Source: Candidatus Poseidoniaceae archaeon (GTDB taxonomy: Archaea > Thermoplasmatota > Poseidoniia > Poseidoniales > Poseidoniaceae). From it: DNA of 64,000 nucleotides. Under the pieces are notes generated by a model, which saw nothing but the letters and a program-made list of their open reading frames with translations, was not told the DNA's origin and did not search any database. The position numbers and the translations under genes are program-made. Positions 40,215 to 51,100 of this stretch are shown here, in pieces (the stretch's first letter is position 1; each line of letters opens with the position of its first letter). The DNA lies in NCBI GenBank assembly GCA_045568435.1, contig JBJLBB010000001.1:357291-421290 (forward strand), read 5' to 3'.

Positions 40215-41573
40215 TCATTCTTCACTGGAGATTTGTTCCTGTGGTTTGACTATCTTTAGAGAAATTATTGCTGCCAGCACCATTAGTAGACCGCATAGAT
40301 GGAATGCTGTGTGATAATCAAATGGCGCAGATTTATTGACTGTTAAAACCCATACAAAACCACCTGTCAAAGGTCCTAGAATTCTAGAAAATGCACTGAC
40401 AGACTCTTGTGCACCCATAACCACTCCAAGTTCCAAACCGTTATCCTTAGCCAAGGTAGTTAGGATGGTTGATGAGGATGGTTGGAAAATACCATTTCCA
40501 ACAGCGATTAAGATAGATACCATCCCAAGTTGTATGAAGGCATATTCGGGTTCGGTGTAAGGAATTAGTGTAAGCCCTAAACCTGTGATTAAGCAGGAAA
40601 TTGGTAATAATCTTCTTGAGCCAAATTTTCTTGATAGTGGCCCGATTAGAATTCCTTGTGTCAAAATACCCGCTATACCAATCACCGCAAATATTCTACC
40701 ATTTTGTGCCTCATTGAATGAAAGTCCTCCACTAGATACATCCATGCCTGTGTATAAAATGAATACAGCATGCATTATGGTAAATCCAAAAACAAATAAC
40801 ATAGTCATCCAAATGACTACTGAAATTGACCCACTAAATAATGTCGAAGCAATATTTCTTGAAGATGATTTGAATCTACTAATCAAATCCATATTTGATT
40901 TCTTGCTACGTAATTCAACAGGTAAAGACTCGGGGAGATTTTTGTAGGCAACAATTAATGAAAGTAGTGACAGAACACTTGCTGCAATACATGGCAAAAG
41001 ATAGGGATAAGTTTCAAAAATAGTCGATTCAAATGCACTCCATTTGGATGCAGGGTCTGATAATTCCCCTCCAATAAACGGTCCAATTGTGAAACCAAGT
41101 CCAAATGCTGCTCCAATCAACCCCATTCTTGTCGCTAATTGTTTGGGAGTACTAACATCTCCAATATATGCACGTGCAACTGCTATATTTCCATTAAATA
41201 CACCTGCCAAAAACCGTGCCACTAGAGCGATTAAAAGCGTGTTAGCAAGGCCAAACATTGTGAAGAATACTGTGTTTCCAACCAGTCCAATCATCAGTAC
41301 AGGTCTTCTTCCAATTCTATCAGAAATGGAACCCCAAATTGGTGAAAATAGGAATTGTGCTGCTGAATATGAGGTCATCAAAATACCGACCCATATTCCA
41401 ACTTCAACAATGCCTTGCGAATCCGCAAGGTCTTCAACAAGATAAGTCAAAAATGGAATTACGATACCAAAACCGATTAAATCGATCATAGTTACCAAAA
41501 AGAGTACCAATAATGCACCCTTACTAGCATCGCGTTGAGTGTTTGACATCCGTTGCCCTCCTTTTGATGCCAA
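40215..41573 (-). CDS. Major facilitator superfamily transporter
   Basis: 12 TM helix pattern; MFS motif GxxxDRxGRR in SISDRIGRRPVLMIG. Confidence 0.8.
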   Translation of the reverse strand: MASKGGQRMSNTQRDASKGALLVLFLVTMIDLIGFGIVIPFLTYLVEDLADSQGIVEVGIWVGILMTSYSAAQFLFSPIWGSISDRIGRRPVLMIGLVGNTVFFTMFGLANTLLIALVARFLAGVFNGNIAVARAYIGDVSTPKQLATRMGLIGAAFGLGFTIGPFIGGELSDPASKWSAFESTIFETYPYLLPCIAASVLSLLSLIVAYKNLPESLPVELRSKKSNMDLISRFKSSSRNIASTLFSGSISVVIWMTMLFVFGFTIMHAVFILYTGMDVSSGGLSFNEAQNGRIFAVIGIAGILTQGILIGPLSRKFGSRRLLPISCLITGLGLTLIPYTEPEYAFIQLGMVSILIAVGNGIFQPSSSTILTTLAKDNGLELGVVMGAQESVSAFSRILGPLTGGFVWVLTVNKSAPFDYHTAFHLCGLLMVLAAIISLKIVKPQEQISSEE

Positions 41574-41618
41574 ATGCTATGCCATTTTAATCAGCGCTAG
41601 AATAGACGGCCCAGCAGG

Positions 41619-43643
41619 TCAAGCTGATGGTGATTTTTTACTGACTTCAGGTGTTAAGATATCAATTACTGATGTGAGTCGTTCGACTAAACTCTCTTTG
41701 TGTTCATGCTTAATCAGTGCTTGTTGCATTACTTCATCTAGGGAATCTACCGCAATAACTTCGACCATCTCTTGATATTTATCATCTAAAAGAACATCTT
41801 GCATATTTGCTCTTGGAACGATTACAGTCTTAATACCGGAACTTGCTGCTGCCTCTATCTTAGCAGTAACTCCACCGATAGGAAGAACTTCTCCACGAAC
41901 TGATAGAGAGCCAGTCATGGCTAAATCTTGACGAATTGGTATATCTTCGAGTGCTGAAATTATCGCTGTAGCAATCGTAATTGAGGCCGAATCTCCATCG
42001 ACACCATGGGTGTCAACAAATTGAATGTGAATATCATAATCTGAAATATCTTTACCGGTCAATTTCTTAATCACTGCACTTACATTGGTAACGCTCTCTT
42101 TTGCTAAGTCAGATAAACCACCAGTAGCGTGAATCTTACCACCGCCACCAAGTGAAGGTGTAACCAATGCTTCGACTGGTAGCATGATTCCACTAAAATC
42201 AGATAATCCTGAATTAGCACCTAATACTGCAAGACCATTGACACGACCAATTCTTTCTCCTGAATTGACAATTAATGAATAATCACGACGTCTCTCAATC
42301 ATTCTATCAGCAACTTGCTGTTCCAATGGTTTGGCAATATTCCTTGCACCCAGAACATGTGCTGATGTAGTATAAGATGAACCCTCTTCACCGGCTAAAT
42401 CTCCAGCTATTCTAACCAGTCCGCCTAATTCACGCAATCTTAGAGACAACTTACCTCTGCGGCCGGCTCTTCTTTGTGCTTCTCGAAGAATCATAGCAAC
42501 TGCACTCTTGTCAAAATGAGGTATTTCCCTAGAGGTCCCAAGGTCTCTTACAACTTCTTGGGCAATGAATCTAATCAATCTTCGACGATTCTTAGAGGTA
42601 TCCGGCATCTCTGAGTTTACATATACTTCGTAACCATAACCTCGAATTCTGCTTCTAAGAGCAGGGTGCATTCCTTGAATAGCATCTAGGTTTCCGGCAG
42701 CGATCAGTATGAAGTCACATGGAACTGGTTCGGTCTTTGTAAGTGCACCTGATGACCTTTCAGAGCGACCTGATATTGGGAATGCTCGCTCTTGCATGGC
42801 AGTTAGCAATGCTTGTTGTTCTTCGAGTCTTAGAAGGTTTACCTCATCGATGTACAGCACACCTTTGTGAGCGCGATGAATAGCCCCTGGCTCGACTCTA
42901 TCGTGAGCAGGAGTTTCCATACCACCCGATTGGAAAGGGTCGTGTCTAACATCGCCAAGAAGTGAGCCTGATAGAGTAGCAGTAGCATCTACGAAAGGTG
43001 GTAGTTCATTAGGGTCATGTTTCACTAATACCTTTGGAATTCTACCTTCATCTGATGCACCAAGTCTACCTCGAATAAACATATATCCAAACATTAGTAG
43101 GAAACCACCAAACAGCAGAGTGATTATATCTCCACTTTGAAGAGTAGCGATGACCAATAGGAAACCAATTGCTGCAAATGCTATCAATAGCATCTTTTGA
43201 GAACGTTCTCTTTGTTGCTTAATGGCTTCTTTTTGCATTTTTACGATTCTCTCTCCACGAGATGCAGGTACACAACGAACTCGTGGTTCATTCTCATCGT
43301 CCTCATTCGGGTAAACTAGTACATCTTCAAGAACATCTCTAGGAAGAAGATTAGTCATAGACCTTGCAAGCATTGATTTCCCAGTTCCTGGGTCACCTAT
43401 CATCAGCATATGTCTTCTTTGTTCTGCAGCTTTTCTAATGACGGTTGAACCTGCTTCTTGGCCAATTACTTGATCCACCAAATTCTCTGGAATTGGAACA
43501 TCTTCAGTAGTCTCAAAATTCACGGAACTAATCCAATCTTTGACACTTTCAGTCAACACATCGTCATTGCCTGTGGGCTCTGGAGCCCATATGGTGACCT
43601 CCTCTTCGGCGGCCTCGGGCACGTCTACTGAATCATCCGACAC
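41619..43643 (-). CDS. lonB: Archaeal membrane-bound ATP-dependent Lon protease (LonB)
   Basis: Walker [14 protein letters not shown] insertion within the AAA domain ([17 protein letters not shown]...). Protease Ser-Lys dyad region [23 protein letters not shown]. Confidence 0.9.
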   Translation of the reverse strand: MSDDSVDVPEAAEEEVTIWAPEPTGNDDVLTESVKDWISSVNFETTEDVPIPENLVDQVIGQEAGSTVIRKAAEQRRHMLMIGDPGTGKSMLARSMTNLLPRDVLEDVLVYPNEDDENEPRVRCVPASRGERIVKMQKEAIKQQRERSQKMLLIAFAAIGFLLVIATLQSGDIITLLFGGFLLMFGYMFIRGRLGASDEGRIPKVLVKHDPNELPPFVDATATLSGSLLGDVRHDPFQSGGMETPAHDRVEPGAIHRAHKGVLYIDEVNLLRLEEQQALLTAMQERAFPISGRSERSSGALTKTEPVPCDFILIAAGNLDAIQGMHPALRSRIRGYGYEVYVNSEMPDTSKNRRRLIRFIAQEVVRDLGTSREIPHFDKSAVAMILREAQRRAGRRGKLSLRLRELGGLVRIAGDLAGEEGSSYTTSAHVLGARNIAKPLEQQVADRMIERRRDYSLIVNSGERIGRVNGLAVLGANSGLSDFSGIMLPVEALVTPSLGGGGKIHATGGLSDLAKESVTNVSAVIKKLTGKDISDYDIHIQFVDTHGVDGDSASITIATAIISALEDIPIRQDLAMTGSLSVRGEVLPIGGVTAKIEAAASSGIKTVIVPRANMQDVLLDDKYQEMVEVIAVDSLDEVMQQALIKHEHKESLVERLTSVIDILTPEVSKKSPSA

Positions 43644-43709
43644 ATCTGTTCCTCCACACTACTCCCCTTTATGGGTTTACAATACAAAAATAATTGTAAA
43701 TTTCCTACC

Positions 43710-46700
43710 TCATTGGTGATTCATTCGGTCTAAGTACTGTTGACCGTAATAATTCCACTGTTCCATAGTCCATCCTGATGGTAGTCCACCTGGTGGCAAT
43801 GGTGGTCCAGAAGCAGGAATTATTGGTGCGACAGGCTGAGTTGGAACTGGTGCTGGTTGATGATAAGCAGACGCATAAGCAGAACTCTGTACTGGCTGTT
43901 GGTAGTTAACTTGCTGTTGGAACATTTGTTGAGTTCCACCATACATTGAGTTCGCTACTGCGTCACTAGCAGGTAAGGTTGTATCTGCCCATTTGAATCC
44001 ATCAATGTTCTCTTCGACTCTTCCGCCTCTCATAGCGAATAATCCGCCAAGAAGAGCTACTATGATAATTGCTGCTACAATTCCAATGACCTTGAAATCA
44101 AGACTGGATTTTACCGAATCATCTGTAGTGTCACCAGAACTTGCAGAATCAGTTGAGCATTGGACTCTTCCATCAAGACAAGCCAAATCATATTCGCTTT
44201 TCAGATTCTGCAATTGTACTTCCTTATCAGAAGTATCTCCAGATTCGGCTGAGATTTCTAGTTCAAGAGCTTCGATTCTATCTTCAAGAACTGTGATTCG
44301 CTTGCTTAGAGTTGCTTCGTCCATATCGGATGGGGCAGGTATTGATTCAATTACATCCCACTTTACTGCAGTTTGAGTTTTGTAGTTATTATTTTCAGAA
44401 TCGACAGCATCTATGCTCAAAGTAAAGTAATCATTTTCATTATAGCCATTAGGTCTTGCCATTTCACCATCAGAACCGCCTAGTAATGGAATATTCAAGT
44501 CTGTTTCCCAACCTTGAGACGATTTTGAAACATCTAAATCATAGCCCCAATATCCATCACAAACGCCTCCACCACAAATAGTCCAAGTTACGGACATAGA
44601 GGTGAAAGTAGGGGCGCTATTACTCAATTCCATCATCACGTGAGGAGTTTGAGAGATGTAAAGATCTGTCACTGTAGCAATAAGTAAGCTTGACCCGGTG
44701 TCGGTCTTAGAAATAGTGAAAGGTAGCGAGTCAAAGACATCGACGGTAATGGTATACGTGTTAATGTCATAGGTGTCTCTTACTTCTATTGTAACTGTAT
44801 GCATGCCAATTTCGCTAAATTGTAGATTTAGCATTCCTGAAGAACGTACATATTGAGCACTTCCAGGTAGTGAGGAAGAAATCAAAGTAGTAACTTGTTG
44901 TATGGAGTCGTCAACGTCAGTTATTCTTGACTGTAAGTCGATAGACATTTGAGTTCCTGCCTTCAAAGTAATCATATCAATATCTGTCATATCTAATCGA
45001 GGGGCATCGTTGATTGGGTTTATTTGGACTAAGACTGTCTGCTCAGAGCATTCTTGGTCAGTGTCACATGCCCTAACGGTAATTGTTGATTGTCCGTTTG
45101 AATCATCGGTTTTTGTTTCAAAACCAAGTACGTTTCCGATTAGTTCAGTCTCGATAAGTTCTGGATTAGAATTTCCAACAACCGAGAAAGTCAGCATTGC
45201 AGAGTCTGAATAATTTCCATTAGCGTCGGTATCAGAGATAAACGGCAATAGTCTTAGAGTTCCATCGGACTCTGAACCTTGCTCATCAACAATCTGTGTT
45301 GGTAGACCGCTCCACCTAGGCTGACCATTTTCAATTACATTAAATTTCAATGTACCTGAAGGAAGCACTCCTTGTGCGGAATAATCTCCACCATCATCAA
45401 CAGTGATTAACATACTCTTTTGACCGAGTGGGCAGCCTTGTACATCACTGAATGCAAATTTGATATCAATTGTTGATGTTGAAGGGTTCCAACTTATGAA
45501 AGAAGGGTGTTCTGAGTCTATTATCAAATCAGATAATGGAGTTTCCGGATCGCTAACATGGTTGGTCAAATCAACTGAAGTGACCATGTCACAAAATACT
45601 GAAGGAACTGGTTCGGCTACAATCATTGGCAAGCCATTCGCTAGTTCAAAAGCATTTGATGTTATTCTCCAATCGCTGGTTTGACTACGGCTATCAATTG
45701 TTCGAGAACGTAAGTCATACCATCCAGCAGTCATTTCCATTGTAGGAGTGATTACATATTCTCTTCCTTCGTTAGTAGTTCCTGCATTGACAATTACTTC
45801 ACCGCCACTATCTACAGAACCATCCCATAAATTTTGACCAGCAGGTGAAACTTCTAGTTCGAAAGTCATACTGTCGATTGTATCGACATTGTCATTGGCA
45901 GAGCCTTTGGCAATAACTTGGAAAATAGAACCTCTCTCGATAACATTGTTTCCACTTACTGTGGCCTGCTTAGCCAATGGGGGTCTGTCATGTTCCATTG
46001 TTTGAACATTGAGATTATTACTTGACAACCCATCACCGGTTAAACCTGAAAGTCTCGCACCAAATTTTGTATTCCATGCATTGGTTGGGAATGATGAGGT
46101 ATCAACTGTTGCTGTGTGAGACATTGTCGCTTGAGGGACTAAATTGGATAGAGGTTTGGAATCGACTACAACGGGGTTTCCAGCATCAAGATAAACTATC
46201 TCAAGAGTACCTCCATCGGTATAATCTAATCCACCAATGTTTTTCGCAGTAGCAGTTACTGTGATTTGGTCGCCATTAACATAGCCATCTGGAGATGATG
46301 GGTTTGAAAGTGTGACATCTGAAACGCCAAGGTCCATCTTTGGTCCCATTGTACTATCAGATACTGCGAAGACATCTGCATTGTGGGAAGTTGTACTCCA
46401 TGTGCTGTAAATAGCACCGATAGTCAACATATTATTGATTCCAGATTGGCCACCCTTTGAACGTGCCAAACTAGCTGGAACTGTCCATGATTCTGTGTGA
46501 ACTCCTTTGGACAGATCCATTGTAACAAATCCACTTCCACTACCGGTTGTTCCAGATGTGGTAGCATATGAATTTCCATTCAACAACCATGCTCGCCAGC
46601 AGTTGTGGCCATAAGTTCCATCGCTGTAGGTATAGCCGCAATTCTCTTCGGTAACCGCTGCGTAAAGAGCCGTAGATGAAGGAGCAGTCCCTGAACCAAC

Positions 46701-47255
46701 ATATGATGCTTCCATAGTAATATCTACATTATTACTATTCGATGGATTGACTGATTGAACCACATTTATTTGGTAATCATTGATTGAAGAAGCCATAGAA
46801 CCGCCAGAAGAAAATGCCGAGTCATACCTCTTTCCATCTCCTGTGCTTCCACTTATTTCAGGATCTGCGTCTCCCATGTAAGCTGTCGGAGCACCACCAG
46901 ATTCACCCAAGTGATTCATAGCATAAATAGGAGCGACATTTCCTGAACGAGCATCATTTGTTGAACCATAATTTGCAGACATATATGTGATGTAAACAAA
47001 TTCATCAGGATTTGACATTTTTAGGTTATGTGCAGATTCTGAGCCGCCACCAGTTGTATAACAATAATAGCAATTATCCGAAGAAATATATTGTAAAAAT
47101 ACATTGTGACCTGGAGAGGCCGCTTCTGAAACAACCGCTAAGTCATCCAGTTCTTGTTGTTTTTCTTGATTCAAATCTGTCGTCAACGAAGTCATAATAC
47201 TTCCAATAAAAAGAGCAACTATGATTAGTGACAATGCGCGTGCGGACATCTTCAT
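43710..47255 (-). CDS. Very large cell-surface protein (1181 aa) with signal peptide, C-terminal TM anchor and Pro/Gln-rich cytoplasmic tail
   Basis: Signal MKMSARALSLIIVALFIGSIMTSL. Many N-x-S/T sequons. Coiled-coil LSKRITVLEDRIEALELEI. TM VIGIVAAIIIVALLGGLFAM, then tail ...PPLPPGGLPSGWTMEQWNYYGQQYL. Confidence 0.6.
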   Translation of the reverse strand: MKMSARALSLIIVALFIGSIMTSLTTDLNQEKQQELDDLAVVSEAASPGHNVFLQYISSDNCYYCYTTGGGSESAHNLKMSNPDEFVYITYMSANYGSTNDARSGNVAPIYAMNHLGESGGAPTAYMGDADPEISGSTGDGKRYDSAFSSGGSMASSINDYQINVVQSVNPSNSNNVDITMEASYVGSGTAPSSTALYAAVTEENCGYTYSDGTYGHNCWRAWLLNGNSYATTSGTTGSGSGFVTMDLSKGVHTESWTVPASLARSKGGQSGINNMLTIGAIYSTWSTTSHNADVFAVSDSTMGPKMDLGVSDVTLSNPSSPDGYVNGDQITVTATAKNIGGLDYTDGGTLEIVYLDAGNPVVVDSKPLSNLVPQATMSHTATVDTSSFPTNAWNTKFGARLSGLTGDGLSSNNLNVQTMEHDRPPLAKQATVSGNNVIERGSIFQVIAKGSANDNVDTIDSMTFELEVSPAGQNLWDGSVDSGGEVIVNAGTTNEGREYVITPTMEMTAGWYDLRSRTIDSRSQTSDWRITSNAFELANGLPMIVAEPVPSVFCDMVTSVDLTNHVSDPETPLSDLIIDSEHPSFISWNPSTSTIDIKFAFSDVQGCPLGQKSMLITVDDGGDYSAQGVLPSGTLKFNVIENGQPRWSGLPTQIVDEQGSESDGTLRLLPFISDTDANGNYSDSAMLTFSVVGNSNPELIETELIGNVLGFETKTDDSNGQSTITVRACDTDQECSEQTVLVQINPINDAPRLDMTDIDMITLKAGTQMSIDLQSRITDVDDSIQQVTTLISSSLPGSAQYVRSSGMLNLQFSEIGMHTVTIEVRDTYDINTYTITVDVFDSLPFTISKTDTGSSLLIATVTDLYISQTPHVMMELSNSAPTFTSMSVTWTICGGGVCDGYWGYDLDVSKSSQGWETDLNIPLLGGSDGEMARPNGYNENDYFTLSIDAVDSENNNYKTQTAVKWDVIESIPAPSDMDEATLSKRITVLEDRIEALELEISAESGDTSDKEVQLQNLKSEYDLACLDGRVQCSTDSASSGDTTDDSVKSSLDFKVIGIVAAIIIVALLGGLFAMRGGRVEENIDGFKWADTTLPASDAVANSMYGGTQQMFQQQVNYQQPVQSSAYASAYHQPAPVPTQPVAPIIPASGPPLPPGGLPSGWTMEQWNYYGQQYLDRMNHQ

Positions 47256-47359
47256 GTTTTTGGGAGGTACCAGTCAGTATATGAAACCCTCTATTTCCAG
47301 TTTAATCGAGGTTTTAGAAAAAAAGGGAATTAAGGATAAAGATTGTATCAAATGTATAT

Positions 47360-48160
47360 TTGGCCATAGTCATGGAAGACCAAGAGTGGATGGCACTTGA
47401 GCAAGAAGATGGTCGTATTTTTTTAGTGGAAATAGTGGACAAAATGCACAAAATAAAGGGCATTGGAGTATTAAATCCAAACGATGTTTTGAGCCAGGTC
47501 GAAATAGGAGAATCGATACAACTTGGGCATAAATCATTCAAGAGACTACCAATTGGATTACCTGAATTAAGTAAATCAATGGTTCGAAGAGCCCAAACCA
47601 TAAGTGCCAAAGATGCTGGAATGATGATTTCTAAAATGGGCATCGGTTCAGGTGATTCTGTTCTTGAGGCTGGTTTGGGCAGTGGAGGGTTATCCATGCA
47701 TATCGCTCATGTATTGGGTAACAGTGGATTTCATGTGACTGTTGAACCTAGAGAAGAGCATGCAAAAGTAGGACTTGAAAATTTACGAAGAGCAAAATCA
47801 TGCTTACCTGAATTTCCACAGCATCATCATGTCGAAGGTAATATTGAAGATGTTGTTGATGAAATAATATCTATCAAACCGAAATTCAAATCGATAATAC
47901 TTGATCTTCCTCAGCACTCAGGTGCAATTAATTCCGTTGCGCCTCTACTCGAATTAGGCGGCAGAATCTGTTGTTATTGCCCGGTAACCAGTCAAGTTGA
48001 AGCAGCATGGCAAACCTGTGAAGAAAATGGACTAAAGGTAGAATGGGCTGGAGAGTTAATCGAGAGACCATGGGGTAAAGCCTCACGTGGAGGAATGCGC
48101 CCAGTCAACGGTCCTTTTGGACACACAGCATTTCTAATAATTGCAATCAAGAATGATTGA
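47360..48160 (+). CDS. trmI: tRNA (adenine-N1)-methyltransferase TrmI/Gcd14-like
   Basis: SAM-binding VLEAGLGSGGLSMHIAHVLG and acidic loop VTVEPREEHAKVGLENL, as in TrmI. Confidence 0.7.
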   Translation: MAIVMEDQEWMALEQEDGRIFLVEIVDKMHKIKGIGVLNPNDVLSQVEIGESIQLGHKSFKRLPIGLPELSKSMVRRAQTISAKDAGMMISKMGIGSGDSVLEAGLGSGGLSMHIAHVLGNSGFHVTVEPREEHAKVGLENLRRAKSCLPEFPQHHHVEGNIEDVVDEIISIKPKFKSIILDLPQHSGAINSVAPLLELGGRICCYCPVTSQVEAAWQTCEENGLKVEWAGELIERPWGKASRGGMRPVNGPFGHTAFLIIAIKND

Positions 48161-48163
48161 ATA

Positions 48164-51100
48164 TCAGAATTTATGACTTTCGACAACTCTAATCTTTGTA
48201 TCACATTTAGGGCATGTGAACTTGAACGGTGGAACGCTACCTCGAGGAACTCCCAATCTCGCTTCACAAGATGGACATGTGACTTTGTTATCCGAACTCA
48301 TTCGACATTCATTATGACCTAAGGGGTGAGCTTTTACTTCCTTATCCTTCTTCTTTTTCTTTTTACTATCTTTTAGTTCGGTTACAGTGTCGTCTTCGAA
48401 TTCTTCTTGATTGGAAGTTTTAGCCTTACGCCTCTTACGAAGAGTATTCATCAACATCAAGAGCAGGATGGAAAATATCCATCCACCAAACATAGTGTAG
48501 AGTGTTTGAGACTTATCCAAAGTCACACCAAATAGTAATTCTACACCTTCAGGAGGCATTTCAGGACCGACGATATCAACCGTAAGGTTCTCGGATTCTA
48601 CTGTGTAAGTACTGCCATCAATTTCAACATTAGCCGAAATTACTAAACTTGCTGATTGAGTTTCTGTAACTCTTGAATTGAGTAATAATTCGTAAACAGC
48701 AGATTCTCCATTTGACAAAGTAAATTGATTAGAGGAACTATTGGTGGAAACTAGAGTAAGGCTGGAATCAAATAATGATTCATCTGTGCCAAGTAAGAAT
48801 AACGTACCAGTAATCGGTGCATTCGCCAAATTCTTGACGGTAAAGGTTGTTGAGGAACCGCCTGATGATGACATTGAAAGGGAATTGGTACCAAAACTCA
48901 TTTCGACAATTCCGTCACTTCCCCAGTTTGCTTCGACAATGTATGTTTCAACTTCTTCAAGAACATAATTTGTTCTAGCGCCACTGGTAACTCTGAAAGT
49001 AATTGATTCATAGCCATATGTTGAGTCTTCGTCTATCATACAGGACCAAGAGTAAGTTTGAGATGATGACCCTGCATCGAGAGAGAATATTTCAGAAAGG
49101 CCGCAACTATTTCCAGGAGTTGATAGCAAGAACTGGTCTATACCAGTACCAGTATTGGTTACCACAACAGTTCCAGAAATCGATTCACCTGGTTTACCAC
49201 CACTATCATCTTCAAGTATTGTTATTTGTGCACTCGCTTGTATAGGTATCACATTGAAGGAACTGGAACTTGAAACCATATCGTCATTAGTTGAGGTTAC
49301 GATAATATCAACTGGAACTCCATTTGATGGAGCGCCTACAGCTCTTTCACGAATAGACATAGATATCGCTTGGGTAGAGGATGGATCGAGATTGACTGAA
49401 GTTGTTGAAAGAACAATATCAAACCATGTAGTTGCGTTATTAGAATCGTCATAACTCAAGGTGATAAAATAAGTATCTTGGGCTGAACCTAAATTAGTAA
49501 TTTCAAAAGTATAGTCAACACTACTTAGTGGACCTGCTGCAATATTACTGGTGACTGAATTAACAGTCAATCCTACACTGTCTGCAATTTGTAATTCCAA
49601 ACTTAGAGAGGCTGATGTTTCAGGTGAAGAATAGGTGACTGTGATTGGGTGTGCACCAGATTCAGAAGTTGAAATCATACTCAAAGTCATATTGATAGTA
49701 ATTGATTGCCCAGAGCCTAAGATACTACTTGTTGGGTTGAATGAAACTTGAGCACCTGTAGGTAAACCTCCAACGCTTGCGGTTAAATTGAGTTCTTTTG
49801 TACCATCATTCGAAAGTTCAAGTTCGACTGAAACTGTTTGCCCCGGCATTACTGAAACCCTTCCATCAAGAGGTCCTGTGAGAGTTACTGAAGGTACTGA
49901 TTCTACATGTACATTCATTGCAATATTACTAGTGATACCACCATAAGTGACACTGAAAGACTGGCTGTAATTTTCAACCATACCACTTTCAGCATCGGTA
50001 GTTAGAGACCATATACCAACAGAACCAGAACTAACTGTTACACCTGTGGAGGATGTCAAACTTGTCATTAAACCATTTGAAGCACCAATATCGAGGAAGA
50101 ATTCCACTTCCTCACTACCTGTATTATTCAATCGAATCTCATATGCTGAAGCAGATCCAGGGGTAACTGTTATTCCACCTTCGGGAATTGTCAATTCAAA
50201 TTCAACTTTCTCATCAATTCCGATAGTGAAATCGAAATCTTGTGGGGAATATTGTTGTTCTCCAAATGATGCAGAACCTCCAAGTCTAGCAACACATTCG
50301 TCACTACTGGTGGATGTCGAATCAACGATAACTTGAACTCCAACGTCAACAACATCATCGGGTGCGAAATTATTTGACGATGCGGTCAATAGAGAGATAT
50401 TACAAGGACCACTAATCAATTCAATAGTCCAATCCATATCCAATTCAGCATTGCCAAGATTAGTCACTTGAACTGTGGTATCTGTTGTTTGTCCTGGAAT
50501 GAAATCAGCATCTTGGTCAAGGAATACAGCATCGATATTATTTTCAGCTACCACTTCAATAACCATTGTGGAATAACTGGATACATTTCCTTTGGTTGAA
50601 GCGGAATATAGATTGAATCCATAGAATCCTGGTGTAGCATCACTTGGAACAGACACTTCCAAATTGACCTGTTGGTGTGATGCAGCGGGAACATCTGTCA
50701 ATTCCACATCATCAAAAATAACATTCCAACCTGCTGGAATTGTTCTACTGGACTGACTGGTAGGGGATATCGAGGCTCCAGATGTTTCTTGCCAAGGATA
50801 TGAAATGTGAGAAGTCTCGTTGAATACAGTTGCAGCTGCGGCTTGTTGTAACTCAAGTTTCAAGGATGCTGAAAGTGCTACTGTATCATTAGAACCTACT
50901 GGGCTTTCACCAATCATCGAAGCATAAAGAACGCATGCTGCGAGATAACTTCCAGAAAGAGAGGGATGGCTTCCATCTGCTGTGTAAAGGTCGAAGAAAG
51001 TATTTCCAGACATTATTGGGTCGATGCCAGTCAAGTTTATGTTGTCGTGAATGTGCTTGTAAGCAAGACCAACTGGTGCAATCCAAACATCTCTAGTTGG

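Noticed and set aside
39944-40225. 93-aa minus-strand ORF
   Set aside because: It is almost exactly antisense to the UPF0147-like plus-strand ORF, which has a conserved-looking basic motif. The arrangement with the downstream MFS gene also favours the plus-strand call.
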